Assembly (NCBI GenBank): GCA_951406725.2
Contig: OX597832.1
Location: forward strand, 56,296,001-56,360,000
DNA from: Octopus vulgaris
Lineage: Eukaryota
Length of the DNA stretch: 64,000 nucleotides
Direction: 5' to 3'
The notes under the pieces were generated by a model. It saw only the letters and a program-made list of their open reading frames with translations, had not been told where the DNA came from and did not search any database. This document shows positions 1-13,123 of the stretch, piece by piece. Each line of letters begins with the position of its first letter. Position 1 is the first letter of the stretch. A program made the translations under genes and the position numbers.

Positions 1-29
1 GTTAGGGGTACAAACACAGACACACAAAC

Positions 30-66
<37 letters not shown>

Positions 67-250
67 CACACACATACATACATACATACGACGGGTTTCT
101 TTCAGTTTCCGTCTACCAAATCCACTCAAGGCTTTGGTCGGCCTGAGGCTATAGTAGAAGACACTTGCCCAAAGTGCCATGCAGTGGGACTTAACCTGGA
201 ACCATGTGGTTTGTAAGGAAGCTACTTACCACACAGCTACTCCTACACCT
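1..250 (-). mobile_element. SINE family A (partial, window edge)
   Basis: Reverse complement of the head and body of 26977-27358. Confidence 0.85.
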
Positions 251-2058
251 ATATATAATGAAGTTATTTTAATAAATTCTTTTATGATTTTCAAAGTCTA
301 ATTGAAACAAAAATGTGTATTTAAAAAGAAGTGTGCTATTCACTTCCATTCTTCCATGTGAAAACATTACCTTGCTTAGAAACATGCAAGGGTTGGTAAC
401 AGGAAGGGCATAAGGCCATAGAAAATCTGCTTGAATAAATTCCACTTGACCCATGAAAGCATGGAAAGATGGGCATGAAATGATGATGATATCAATGAAT
501 GCAGAGTTGGTTTAGAATCTGCTACTGGTTGGTTAGTCAAACGTATTTTTATCAGCGGATTATTTACGATCTCTATTGATATTATTGGGTGGGGGTGGTC
601 TAAAATAATAAATACTGCATGTGCAGTTGTCCATGCTTTGACTTCGGCCTTCAACAATGATTTGAACTGAATTTGCCTTTGGCATCATTTTGCAATGACG
701 AGGAACGGGGGATTGCACAGTATACACATGTGCAGATATATTTATGCATACACACACACACACCATCCTGAATCTGAAAATAAATTTATATGTACATATA
801 TACATATAACTATCTGTGTGTATTCATAACACACACACATATATATGAACATATACACATCATCTAAAAAAAAAAAAAAGATAAATTTATATATACTTGG
901 GTTTTAGCAATAATTTTTGCCCTTTTTTTTTTTTTAGGCAATCATTAATAGCCTCGACAACTGCTGCCAGGCAAGGCAAGAATGAATAGATTAATTTTAA
1001 TTTAGTTATCTCTGCATTTAGTAATTTAATTTTTAACAGGATTTATTACAGGCATGGCCAGATTTCCAGTTGAAAAAAAATCAATTATGATGATAAGTAT
1101 GGATGGTACTAACACTGGTAGTGTTAGTCACAGCACCGTTTGTGTTGGTTCCAACAGAGTAATGCACCAATATAATAAATGTATTTGTCCTTCAAAGTTA
1201 TTTCATTCAGAGAAAAGAAGTCACAGCCTATGTGTGTTGTCTGTGCTAAGAGATTGATAAACCAAGTGACGGTTGTAAGTAAACCGAAAATACTTTTACA
1301 TAAAGCATCCTGATTTATGCAGGAAGTCCACTGAATATTTTAGAACAAGATCCCCAAACACAAACCCATTGATCATTTGGTACTGGGCCACACACACACA
1401 AAGCATAAATTTTTAAATTTTATTTCTATTTTACTGACTACTGCAATCTACAAGTTGTTTCTGCATTTATCATCATCATCATTTAATGTCTGTTTTCCAT
1501 GCTGGCAGAGGATGGACGGTTTGACTGAGGTCTGGAGAGCCAGTGGCTGCACCAGGCTCCAATCTGATCTGGCAATGTTTCTGCAGCTGGATGCCCTTCC
1601 TAATGCCAACCATTCCGAGAATGTAGTAGGCGCGTTTTACGTGCCACTGGCACAGGAGCCAGTCAGGCGGGTCTGGCATTGATCATATTTGGACAGTGCC
1701 TTTAACGTGCCACTGGCACGAGAGCCAGTCAGGGGGTACTGACAACAGCCACAATCAGATGGTGCTTTTTACATGCCACTGGCACACACACACACATACA
1801 CATATCATCATCTCCTAACATCCAGTTTTCTATGTTTGCATCAGTTGAACAAAGTTTATTGAGGCAAATTTTCTACAGCTGGATGCCCTTCCAGTCACCA
1901 ACTCTCACTTGCTTCTAAGTAAAGTAATATTTCCCCATAACCAAACATATTTTCACAGAATATTGGAAATGAATGATGAAGATTGTATGACAGTGATTCA
2001 CAAAACTATCACACAACGTCAAGACAAAGGGACACAAACACACATTCACACACACACA

Positions 2059-3867
2059 CTCTTTACTTTTCTCAGTCATTTGACTGTGGCCATGCTGGAG
2101 CACCGCCTTTAGTCGAGCAAATCGGCCCCAGGACTTATTCTATCATTCTCTTTTGCCGAACCACTAAGTTACAGGGACATAAACACACCAGCATCGATTG
2201 TCAAGCAATGTTAGGGGCCAAACACAGGCACATACATATATATATACGACAGGCTTCTTTCAGTTTCCGTCTCCCAAATCCACTCACAAGGCTTTGGTCA
2301 GCCTGAGGCTATAGTAGAAGACACTTGCCTAAGGTGCCATGCAGTGGGACTGAACCCGGAACCATGTGGTTCATAAGCAAGCTACTTACCACACAGCCAC
2401 TCCTACATTCGTGTAATCGATTCAAATAAATCCCTTCAGCCTAATTTAACATCCTGGGAAGGTTATTATCAAGATCAAATAGAAACTAGAACGTTTTCTA
2501 TTTAAAACACATAATGATACAAATCCTAGTTTCCTGTATAGAACAGAAATAATTATAATTATTACACACACTCAGAGCATTAAAGCATTGCAATTTCACC
2601 ACCTACTCTCTAGTGTATTTTTGTACTTGTTTCAGTCGTTTGACTGCGATCATGCTGGAGCACTGCCTTGAAGGGTTTCAGTCAAACAAATCAATCCCCG
2701 GACTTATTTTTTAAGCCTAGTACTTATTCTATCGGTCTCTTTTGCCAAACTGCTTAAGTTACGGGGATGTAAACACACCAACACTGGCTGTCAAGTTGTG
2801 ATGGGGGACACAAACACAGACAATAAGACACACACACATATACGGTGGGATTCTTTTAGTTTCCATCTACCAAATTTACACACAGGGCTTTGGTCAGTCT
2901 GAGACTATAGTAGCAGACACTTGCCCATGGTGCCACGCAGAGGGACTGAACGTGGAACCATGGGGTTGGAAAGCGAGATTCTCACCACACAGCTACGCCT
3001 GTGTAGTGTGTCTTTATCTTTTACTTGTTTCAGTCATTGGACTGCAGCCATGCTGGGGCACTGCTTTGAAGGTTTAACCAAACAAATCAACCCTAGTAAT
3101 TATTCCTTTAAAGTTTGGTGCTTATTTTATCAGTCACCTTTGTTAAACTGCTCAGTGACAGAGACACAAGCGAGCCAACACCAGTTTTCAAGCTGTGGTG
3201 GGAGATAAACAAAAGGACACACACACAGACACACGTAAATGTATATACATATATACGAGGAGCTTCTTTCAGTTTTTGTCTACCAAATCCACTTACAAGG
3301 CTTTGGTTGGCCCAGGGCTATAGTAGAAGACAAATGTCTGTGTACAATTTGGGAGTGCAGTTAAAATTTACACCAGTGCAAATTGCTCATTACTTTATAA
3401 ATGTACTGTAATGGTGCATGTATGTATATTCTTTTGCAGTTATACACTTGCCATCTTTGATTTGAAACAATTTTAATACTTGCTTTTTTATATTTTTTTT
3501 ATTTGTTTCAGTCAACTGACTGCAGCCATGCTGGAGCACCGCCCTTAGTCGAACAAATCAACCCCAGAACCCATTATTTGTTAGTCTAGTACTTATTCTA
3601 TCATGCTCTTTTGCTGAACCGCTAAGTTACAGGGACATAAACACACCAGCATCGGTTGTCAAGTGATGGTGGAGGCATCACACACACACACACATATACA
3701 TACAACGTGCTTCTTTCAGTTTCCATCTACCAAATCCACTTACAAGGCTTTGGTCGGCCTGAGGCTATAGTAGAAGGCACTTGCCCAAGATGCCACACAG
3801 TAGGACTGAACCTGGAATCATGTGGTTCATAAGCAAGCTGCTTACCACACAGCCACTCCTGCACCTA
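2059..3867 (-). mobile_element. Cluster of four co-oriented SINE family A copies (~2059-2405, 2620-3000, 3015-3330, 3500-3867)
   Basis: Repeated tttcagtcatttgactg...ccaaatccactcacaaggctttgg...cacacagccactcct. Confidence 0.85.
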
Positions 3868-4335
3868 TATAAAACTTTTTTAAAAATTTGATAACATATA
3901 CCATTTTTAGGACCTTGTATAGTGGATTGAAAAGAACAGTATAAACTTGCTCTTCTGACTTATGGGACATATATTACACACAGATACATAGCACCCAAGA
4001 TTCTTTTTAAATAAGATTCTTTTCTATAATACCATAATTCTAAGACAAATATTTAAGAGAAAATAAAACTAAAAACAATTGCCTAAGTTCCATATTTGTA
4101 GAGAGAGAGGAAGTGAGAGGCTGTACAGTGAACAAATTTTGATTTGATTGAAATAAAGCTCTAAGATATTTGGTTCCAAAAGTGATTATTCAAAGGAAGC
4201 AAATTCACTGCCAGAGATGAAATAAAACTAACAAAAATTACAGAGTAAAATAAAAAAAAAATATTAAATTTATCGAAGAAACGCCTATATTTTCTCTTGT
4301 ATGGATTTCTCTTGTACAAAGACTCTTCTGTTTAC

Positions 4336-4386
4336 CAATTTCAGGCTCCCAATGTTTTAATGGTATTTCGGATTCTACTGAATTCT
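4336..4386 (-). CDS. Candidate 51-nt symmetric phase-1 exon
   Basis: ctgtttgtacag|AGAATTCA...GAAATTG|gtaaac; reads (E)NSVESEIPLKHWEPEI(G). Confidence 0.4.
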
Positions 4387-6155
4387 CTGTACAAACAGAT
4401 CAATATAATTAAATAGCTTGGCAAACACATCAGTTAAGTTAGTCCTGGAATGGCAGGCTCTAAAACTAGATATTTCCAACATCCTTTAACTTGCAACCTA
4501 CAGACGTTACTTTACTACCAGCTCCTCCCGACTAACTCTACATATAATAAATACAGCGTCTATTCACAAGACTTTTTCATTCAATTACAATCTGCGACTA
4601 ACATCGTCATAAAACTGATTCCTGGCAGAAGAAGAACACATTTGCAATGTTACATGTTTTGATAACAATCTTAAACTATGACCAAAAGTGATACACTTTA
4701 TGAATCAATAGACTTTTAAAAATAAATTGATAACAAAAAAAAAAGTGGGGGAGGGTGTCGAGTTTAAAACACAGTTAGTTCTCAAGGCAAGATAAACACA
4801 GGCAGACTTTGTGCAGGGGGAATAATATACAGAAAATAGAAGGGCAGCAGCGGCTGCACAATTATCATTTAAACATTTGTCTTATTTCCCATGCTGGCTT
4901 ATATTAAAACATGCTTCTACAATCACCATCAATAATTTGTGACCGCTCATATACAAGGCCCAAGTCTAGCCACAACACTTCTTAACCAAGCATTTAATTC
5001 AGTCAAAATATCCTTCTCCCTCAATCACTTCAATTCAGTTCGGTTTTCAACACACTGGATGCCTTTCCTATCACAAACCCTCTCGTTTACAACAGAGTGT
5101 ACAGGGTGCATTTCATCACGGCACCAGAAATAGATTGTTCCATGCAGGGAAAGGGTTTCCTCTGCTGTGTATTAATTCTTATTTGGAGAGGAAACCTGTT
5201 TCTATGAGGGTTGCAAAGTCAACATGACATTCATGTTCCAAGGAGAAATTACCAAACAAAGACATGGAACGAATTATTTATCAGTCATCAGATGAAATCA
5301 ATTGCCAGCATTTTGTTATGCTTTTAGACACAAGCACTTTATTCTACAGTACTTGAGCTCAATCATCATCATCATCATCAACAACATTGTTTTAATGTCC
5401 ACTTTCCCAAGTCCACACGGGTCAGATGAAATTTATCAAGTTACACTTTTTACACAGCCTGACGTCCTTCCTGTTGTCAACACTCACCAGTTTCCAAGTA
5501 AGGTAACATTTCCCTGTGACCAAACATGTTTCCACAGAAAATTGGAAATGAAGGACACCGCTTGCATGACTGTGACACTCATTTACACCTATAATGCAAT
5601 GTCAAGGCAAGTAGACAGAAGCAAAAACGCACATATGCACACATGATGGGCTTCTTTCAGTTTCTGTCTACCAAATCCAAATCCACTCACAAAGCTTTGG
5701 TTGACCTGCAGCTATGGCAAGGTGCCATGCAGTGGAATTGAACCCAGAACCAAGTTTCTGAAGCAAACTTCTTACCACTCAGCTACAACTGTGCCTAACT
5801 ATTTAGAAAAAAAAACCCCAAAGACTTTCTAGTTATATTTTATGACACATTAGTAGCTAATGGAAAATCCACCGAGTCACACCATCAATGAAGGGTGCAG
5901 CCTGAAAAATTTATTCCCTATCCTCAAGCAAAACCAACATACCCTAGTTTTCTGTCATTTTAATTAAACTGATGGGAAATCTGTTTTGTCTGATTTGAAT
6001 GTCAACTGTGTCACACTGAAACTGAATTCATCACTATTAATAGCAATTTGATCATTGTGACTATTTCGTAATTGTATAATTTTCATAGGCATGTGAGAAA
6101 TTAGATAAGTATGATCAATTAGATGATCACCAAATTCATATCAAAGGTAAACAGC

Positions 6156-6362
6156 TTAACCCTTTCGTTACCATTCCGACTGAAACCAGCTCTGGCTCTG
6201 AGTACAAATGTCTTGTTTTCATAAGTTTTGAATTAAAATTTTCCACCAAACCATAGTCACAATTTATGTTCTTAACACTAGCTGAATGATAACTTAAGTT
6301 CTTTGTTATATTTAGAATTAACATAGAGCATCGCAAAATAAATACAGTAACAAAAGGGTTAA
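6156..6362. mobile_element. TTAA-specific (piggyBac-type) MITE, family 1
   Basis: TTAA|CCCTTTCGTTAC...GTAACAAAAGGG|TTAA; homologous to 29489-29717 and 42865-43086. Confidence 0.85.
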
Positions 6363-7118
6363 CATCACTGATGTATACAGGAGTCAACTGTCTACGTAAG
6401 AACACATGATGTAATATGAAGAAACGTCTATATAATTGCTCAGCTTCCTAGGAATAACAGTGAAAATTTCTTCAAATCATTCTCTATCTAAAAAAAAAAA
6501 AAGCAGCAAAGCACATTGGATAATTTAGTCCAAGATACACTAGGTCTCAATAAAAATGGTATGGTCATCACTAAAACACCTTTTGATCATATGTCTGCTT
6601 GATCCACAATAAACAACAAATAATGTGAATGGACAATGGATAATTGGTGAAAGTGGTCATAAACTGACAACGAAAGGCACTGATGACAGAGGGAGATCAC
6701 TGGATGGTGCCACCCACAGAGAATCAAAACAAGAGACAATATATCAAAGCAGAGGCACAACAAACCCTACCGTAGTTAGCTTGATGATGTCTAATTCTTA
6801 TTCTTATACAGACACAAGTTTGTCATTGCTGGTCTGCCAGTCATATAGCCCAAAACCAACCATGTGCTTGAACTTTACTAATATAGCCAAAAAGTTGTAA
6901 CCCTGGGGAAATTACAGAACTGTTTACCCCAGTTTGCCTAATTCCAAAAAGATTCTATTCTTGTTTCATTAGAAACTCATCCAGCTATAAAAACAGTTAC
7001 TCAAACAATAAATATCACCATTTGCATCTATTTAAGTAGTGTTAACAGGTGCCATTTCAACACCAGCTCATTATGACATTCAAGAATACAATATTTTATA
7101 TAAGGTGCAGAAGTAACT

Positions 7119-7442
7119 TTAACCCTTTTGATACCAACCCACCTGGGACTGTCTAAATTCTAAATTAAAACCTATCAAAATTCCATGTTTATTCTTTAGC
7201 ATTTAAACAAGCCAGATTCATATGAGATGATAAATGATTAATTCAAAACAATATGAATAAATAAGCATTACATTTGTCTGAGTAATCTAAATGCTAAAAG
7301 AATTAATTCATATTCCATACTCCAGCTAAATAATTACCAAGTTACCTAAATACATTCTCTTCTCTATTTTTTTCTTTCCTCAAAATTAATTGAAACAAAA
7401 GCAGTATATTTCAACAGAAATATGGTAACAAAATGGTTTTAA
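7119..7442. mobile_element. Decayed TTAA MITE family 1 with a nested family 2 fragment
   Basis: TTAACCCTTTTGATACC start and GGTAACAAAATGGTT end; internal CTTTAGCATTTAAAC...AATGCTAAAAG segment. Confidence 0.65.
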
Positions 7443-9021
7443 AAAATGGTTAAAATAAGCTCGGAAAATTTTGTCATCATGATCACTTGACAGAACAAAT
7501 CTATTTCACTTATCACTGGATGTTATTTTTCTGACCTACTTATCAGTCCTAAAGTGCTACTTTTTAATTCTTGGGTCACATAATTATACAAATGACCTCA
7601 GCAAAGACGAGGTTCCTCTTAAAATATCAACAGAAATATAATGGTGGTAAAATTTCCACATTGGTACCATTTAAAGGTTTTACAAATTTAAAATATATGA
7701 ATTGTTGGAACTGCTCAAGGTTCTTCACATTGCCAGACTCTCTTGGCCTATTACAAAAAGAACTCTGTCTGCAAGAAGCTGAGACATCAAAGACCTATTT
7801 TTTAAATATCAAAACTGATATCTAATTTTTGGTAATTAACAACATGTCAGTCTTAATATTATAAAAATCAAGTGCCATCTCTTTGAAGATGCAAAATTAT
7901 TTTTAAAAAAATAAATAAATTATCGGATGATTCATTCTCAATGCCTTCATAATTAGAATGAAGAATTCAACATAATTATAGGAAATACACGCCAACAAGA
8001 TTATACAATAAATGTCTGTGCTTTGTCTTTTTTTGTTTTTTTTGTAAATGAGGTAATTTACCAATGTTAAATAGAATTTTTACATTATTATAAGTTTATC
8101 AAAATTACATACAATACTGTTTTCAAATTATGGCACAATGTCAGCAATTTTGGGGGCAGCCAATTTCATCAACCCCAAATTTAACTGATACTGATTTCTT
8201 AGACTCTAAAGGATGAAAGGCAAAGTAAACCTTGGCGGAATTTGAACTTGGAGCATAAAGGTGGATGAAATGCCACTAAACATTCTGCCAGCTTCCTGTC
8301 TATAATATTAGCAGGAAACTGTCTCAGCATCATCATTTAATGTCTGTGTTCCATGTTAGCATGGGTGGGACGTTACCACAAGAGCCGGCCAGGCTGAAGC
8401 CTGCACCAGACTTCTGCGACTGTTTTGGCAGGATTTTTACAGCTGGATGCCCTTCCTAACACCAACCAGTCAGCAGAGTGGACTTAGTGCTTTTTACATA
8501 GTACAAGCAGAGGTGAAGTGAGTAGTGCTTTTTACGTGGAACAAGCACAGGCAAGGTCAGTTTTGGTAAGGTTTTTACAGCTGGATGCCCTTCCTAACAC
8601 CAACCACTCAGCAGAGTGGACTTAGTGAGTTTTATGTGGCACAAGCACAGACGAGGTAAGTAGTGCTGTAATCCTATTTGGGCTATTTAACTCTCTAAAG
8701 TTTCAGTTTTAAACAATTTTTCACACATTTCCAATACTGATTGTAATTATTACCCACCTGTCACTTTTATGTTTTAGCAAATCTTGAACTTTACCTGCTG
8801 AAATAAGTATTTTACAACAAGACATTCATTCATAAGGGTATAATCATTCAACCAAACAACCTAGGGTCATTCTGACTAGAACAGGGGTTCCCAACATTTT
8901 CACTGACATCCGCCTATTTTATCTAAATGAATTTCTTCACAGATTTTAGACTTTTGAGATGTCCAACTACTCAATCAATGTCTACATTTGTGACGGAAGG
9001 TATTCAATTTGAAGTCAATAC

Positions 9022-9099
9022 CTCAAAGACTGAATTCATCTGCGACGCATTCCAATAGTTCTGGAACACTTTCTTTAATTGCTTTTTCTACAATTCCGT
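9022..9099 (-). CDS. Candidate phase-1 exon ending in TGA (terminal or stop-containing cassette)
   Basis: tctggctttcag|AC GGA ATT ... AGT CTT TGA G|gtattg; reads (D)GIVEKAIKESVPELLECVADEFSL*. The other frames stop early. Confidence 0.45.
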
Positions 9100-9284
9100 C
9101 TGAAAGCCAGAATTTTTGTCAACGAAGTCCTCAATAATCAGCATTTACTATTTCTTCTACGATCAAAGTTAACTCCATCATTTAATAACAGATTCACAAC
9201 ATTAGAAATTAGTGCTGGGAGTGGGGGGTAGAACTTTTTTGTTTTTAATTTCTTTCTTTCAATCATGATTAAAATAAACAAAAT

Positions 9285-9520
9285 GAAAGAGGAGGAGGAT
9301 AGAAGATGTAGGAGGAGGACATAGAAGAATCAAGCAGAGGAGGAGAACAGAAGAAAGAAGATAGAGGAGAAGGAACAGGACATGAATAAGAAATAGTAGT
9401 AGTAGTAGCAATAGTAGAAGAGGAAGATGAAGAAGAAGGAACTAGCTGTAGAAGAAGAAAAGGGAAATGTCAAAGAGAAAACAAAAAGGACGAATGAGAA
9501 GAAAGTGAAGGAAACAAAAA
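9285..9520. repeat. Polypurine (GAA/GAG/TAG) low-complexity tract
   Basis: Almost no pyrimidines on the + strand. Confidence 0.85.
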
Positions 9521-10874
9521 TCAATATGGAAAGCAGACCAATGATCAAAGAATTCATATCACACAGAATGAAACACAAATGTTATGTTGTTCAACATCAC
9601 ACACACACAGAGGCAGAAAGGTGTTTCATCTTTGAGCTTAATCAAGATTTTAGATGCAATGCTATAAAATGTCTTTCATTAGAGACATCCAAGAACAAAG
9701 TGAATAACTACCAACAGAAAATACCGTATGCTCAAAACTATAGGGACATTCTTGGAAAACTGACACACATCAGGGAAAATATTGATAGAATGGAAACACT
9801 CAACTAATTAAATAAATAAAGCTTGATTAAACTCAATTAATTCAATAACAGTTTTGATTTGGTTTTATATGCCTTGATGTTTAGTGAGCATGTAGGACAG
9901 ACTCATCATCTGCCATCAAGAGATTAATCAAAAGTCAATTAATATATTTTCATATATATGAAACTACTTAGTCCGTGTCATCATTTGTACATAAAAAGGC
10001 AAAAACTGAAACCAAATTTTAGAAAACTACAGCCAAAGAGCTGTCATCAAAAACAATGTTGCCCAAATGTTGGCAAACATCTAATGTGTATGTGATACCA
10101 TTCCCAATGCAATCATCATTAAATGTCTTCAGAAATGGCTCTCTGTGGTCTTTAGTCCAGTATTTTATCAATTCTGATTCTCTTTGAAGGTGTGTAATAT
10201 GTACCAAAGCACAAACACCTCTGTTCAGATGTGTTATAAAATATAACGAAATACAATTGTACTATACTACCACTACTACAACTACCACTGCTGTTGCTAA
10301 GTAACTAAACACTGACAGCTTTTAGTAAAATTTTGATGTATGGAACAGTATGAAAAAGTCATCTGAACAGTTGTAAACAATAGACAAACGCAGGATAATC
10401 AGATTATTATAATTAAATCTATTTAATGAAAGCAGAGTAGGAGAAACAACAATTTGGTACATCTATAAAGCAGAGGATTATTTAAAACAATGACATTACA
10501 AAACCTGCCGCTCTACATCGTTATGTGAAACAATAAGGCATGTATAAATTCGTTAGCGTTGTCAATTAGGTGGTGATAATATTTTTAGCAACAGTTGAAC
10601 TTGTAATGTCCTTCAACTGTCAGATGATTTCAAACATTACCAATGTCATGCTCGAGTAGGCAACGTCCTTATGTTTGGTATTAACCACAAACAACCACAA
10701 CATCAGGCAGAACAATTAAAGAGCCCCTTCCACACACCAGTAAACAAGGAGCGGGGGGAAGGGAAGTCGGTTTATTAAAGGGATCAGAAATGATAAGAGT
10801 CGCTCTTGAAAGAGACAAACAAAAAGATAATATTCAGTAAATAAAAGCATATCACATATCTTTTATTTTATCAT

Positions 10875-11692
10875 TTCTATTACTTACTTCAGTCATTAGA
10901 TTGTGGCCATGCTGGGGCACCACCTTGAAAACTTTTAGTTGAACTAATCAACATAAGTACTGCCCCCCCCCTACAAGCCTGATACTTTTTTTCTGCCGAA
11001 CAACTATGTTACAGCGATATTAACACACCAACACTGGTAGTGAAGTTGTGGTCAGGAACAAACACAGATACCAAAACACACACACACACAAGGGGCTTCT
11101 TTCAGTTTCTAACTACCAGGTCCACTCACATGGGTTTGGTAGGCCCAAAGTTATAAGTAGAAGACACATTTATCAATGAAGTATCAATTTATTGTAAACA
11201 AAGCCGGTGATATTAGTAGACACTATATTGAGTAAAGTGAGATATTTAACTTCAGGACTCCTCAAATGACCAAATATTTTGTCAGAGTACTATTCTATAT
11301 TCTTTTACTTGTTTCAGTCATTTCGACTGCGGCCATGCTGGAGTACTGCCTTTAGTCGAACAGATCAACCCCAGAACTTATCCTTCCTAAGCCCAGTACT
11401 TATTCTATCTGTCTCTTTTGCTGAACTGCTATGTTACGGGGATGTAAACACACCTACAGCATTTGTCAAGTGATAGTGGGGGTGACACACACAGACACAC
11501 AAACATATATACACACACACATACGACAGACTTCTTACAGTTTCTGTCAACCAAATCCACTCACAAGGCTTTGGTCAGCCTGAGGCTATAGTAGAAGACA
11601 CTTGCTCAAGATGCCACGCAGTGGAACTGAACCCACCAGGAACCATGTGCTTGGGAAGCAAGGTACTTACCACACAACCACTACTGCACCTA
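10875..11692 (-). mobile_element. Two SINE family A copies (~10875-11165, 11300-11692)
   Basis: Same consensus as the other family A copies. Confidence 0.85.
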
Positions 11693-12171
11693 TATGCTAA
11701 TGTTTAAAAAAAACTTTCAAGGCAGTGCCCCAGCATAGACACGGTCCAATGACAAAAACAGGTGAAAGATCACCTCAACTTTTGTTTATGCTTTCGCTAC
11801 AAACAACCACCAGACACTTCATGTGATAATGTAAAACTTTAAAAAGTAATTTTCAGACTCAGTATTCCTCCCAATAATTATCTTTTAATCCCAATTAGTA
11901 ATCTTTGAAATACTAAAACCATCACTCAACCTAATCCAACTCAATCCTTCCAAGTTTCTCCCATTTCAGAAAACACTTTTTCCAAGATTTAGATTCAATT
12001 TATGTGGGAAAAAAAAAGAAAAAGCACCTGAACACAACAATTATTATTTTTTCAAAGCAACTCTTATTTAAGCCAACATTCAAACATTTATTTTCTAATA
12101 ATTGTATAAACAGGCAGAATCTCATTAAAATATTTTCGAGAGATGAACGAATAAACTAAACAGTCACTTAC

Positions 12172-12291
12172 CACAACAACATCGGCAGCAATTAAAGTAA
12201 TGTGAAAGAAACAAACAATGAAAACTGCATATAGTAAGGTGATGTGACCTATATAATATTCCAACATGGTAGACGATTTGTAGAATGGTAA
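12172..12291 (-). CDS. Candidate internal exon (120 nt) of an unidentified minus-strand gene
   Basis: Minus strand reads ttttttcttctttccag|TTACCATTC...GTTGTTGTG|gtaagt: strong polypyrimidine acceptor, consensus donor, length divisible by 3. Phase 0 is open (LPFYKSSTMLEYYIGHITLLYAVFIVCFFHITLIAADVVV, hydrophobic) and phase 1 is also open (xTILQIVYHVGILYRSHHLTICSFHCLFLSHYFNCCRCCC). The true frame is unknown. Confidence 0.65.
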
Positions 12292-13004
12292 CTGGAAAGA
12301 AGAAAAAAAAGAAAGAAAAGAAAATTGTTATTAGCATTAATACTAACTTAATAAGATATAAAAAATATAAAATGTCAGATTAATTCAAAATAGTCGATAA
12401 TTTGAATAGAAAAACAAAACAAAAAAAAGACAAAATTTACAAAATGTTATATCAGAAAATCTTTTGAAATGTATTTCAATTTGTGCATAAAAGAGTAGAT
12501 GCATTTATAAAGATGCTTGCTAAGCTAAAGTTCTCTGAGTAATTTAGTCTCTAAAACATGTTAATTCTATATGCTTATTCATGCACTCCACCATCACCAC
12601 CTTCATTGTTTACCCAGCTACTTCCACCCACCCACCCCTAACTATGTATCTCCACCTCTGCAGCAAGCTCTGCATGTCCCTTTATAAGGCTTTTGACTCT
12701 CAACATCTGCTATAAAGTTATCTCCCGCACTCAAATCCTTCTCCAACCCACCAGCACCACCACCTAATAATGGGAGCTTTCTCCTTTGCCTTCCCCTTTT
12801 TCTATCTTACAATTTACTTGGCAACCTCAGTAGTACTGTTGGTATGAAAAAAAAAGCACCCAGGACTGACTCTAGAGTGATTGGCACTGAGAAGGGCATC
12901 CAGCTGAAGAAACCATGCCAAAGTTGACACTGGAGTTCAGCACAGCCCTACTGCTTGCTGGATCTTCTCAAACCATCCACCCATACCGGCATGGAATATG
13001 GGCA

Positions 13005-13123
13005 TTAACCTTTAGCACACTGCATTTTTTTCTCTAGAGTTGTTTCCTGTTCCATTGCCCTGATACTCTAGGGAAGAAAACTCATAGGATGACATTATGC
13101 ATCTACAGTGTGCTAAAGGTTAA
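13005..13123. mobile_element. Very short TTAA MITE (111 bp) inserted in a SINE tail
   Basis: TTAA|CCTTTAGCACACTG...CAGTGTGCTAAAGG|TTAA, perfect 14-bp TIRs. Removing it restores the SINE end gggca-TTAA-gaggtgatgat. Confidence 0.88.

Noticed and set aside
938-970. Plus-strand micro-exon after a poly-T/AG (AIINSLDNCCQ)
   Set aside because: It needs a GC donor and there is no supporting set of plus-strand exons; the best splice signals in the window are on the minus strand.
9330-9807. Charged and hydrophobic ORFs of 126 and 82 aa
   Set aside because: Products of a polypurine low-complexity tract.
12172-12291. Assignment to RNF13/RNF167, cysteine string protein, SLMAP or muscleblind
   Set aside because: Only loose resemblance of short motifs; no diagnostic domain exon is in the window, so no gene symbol is given.
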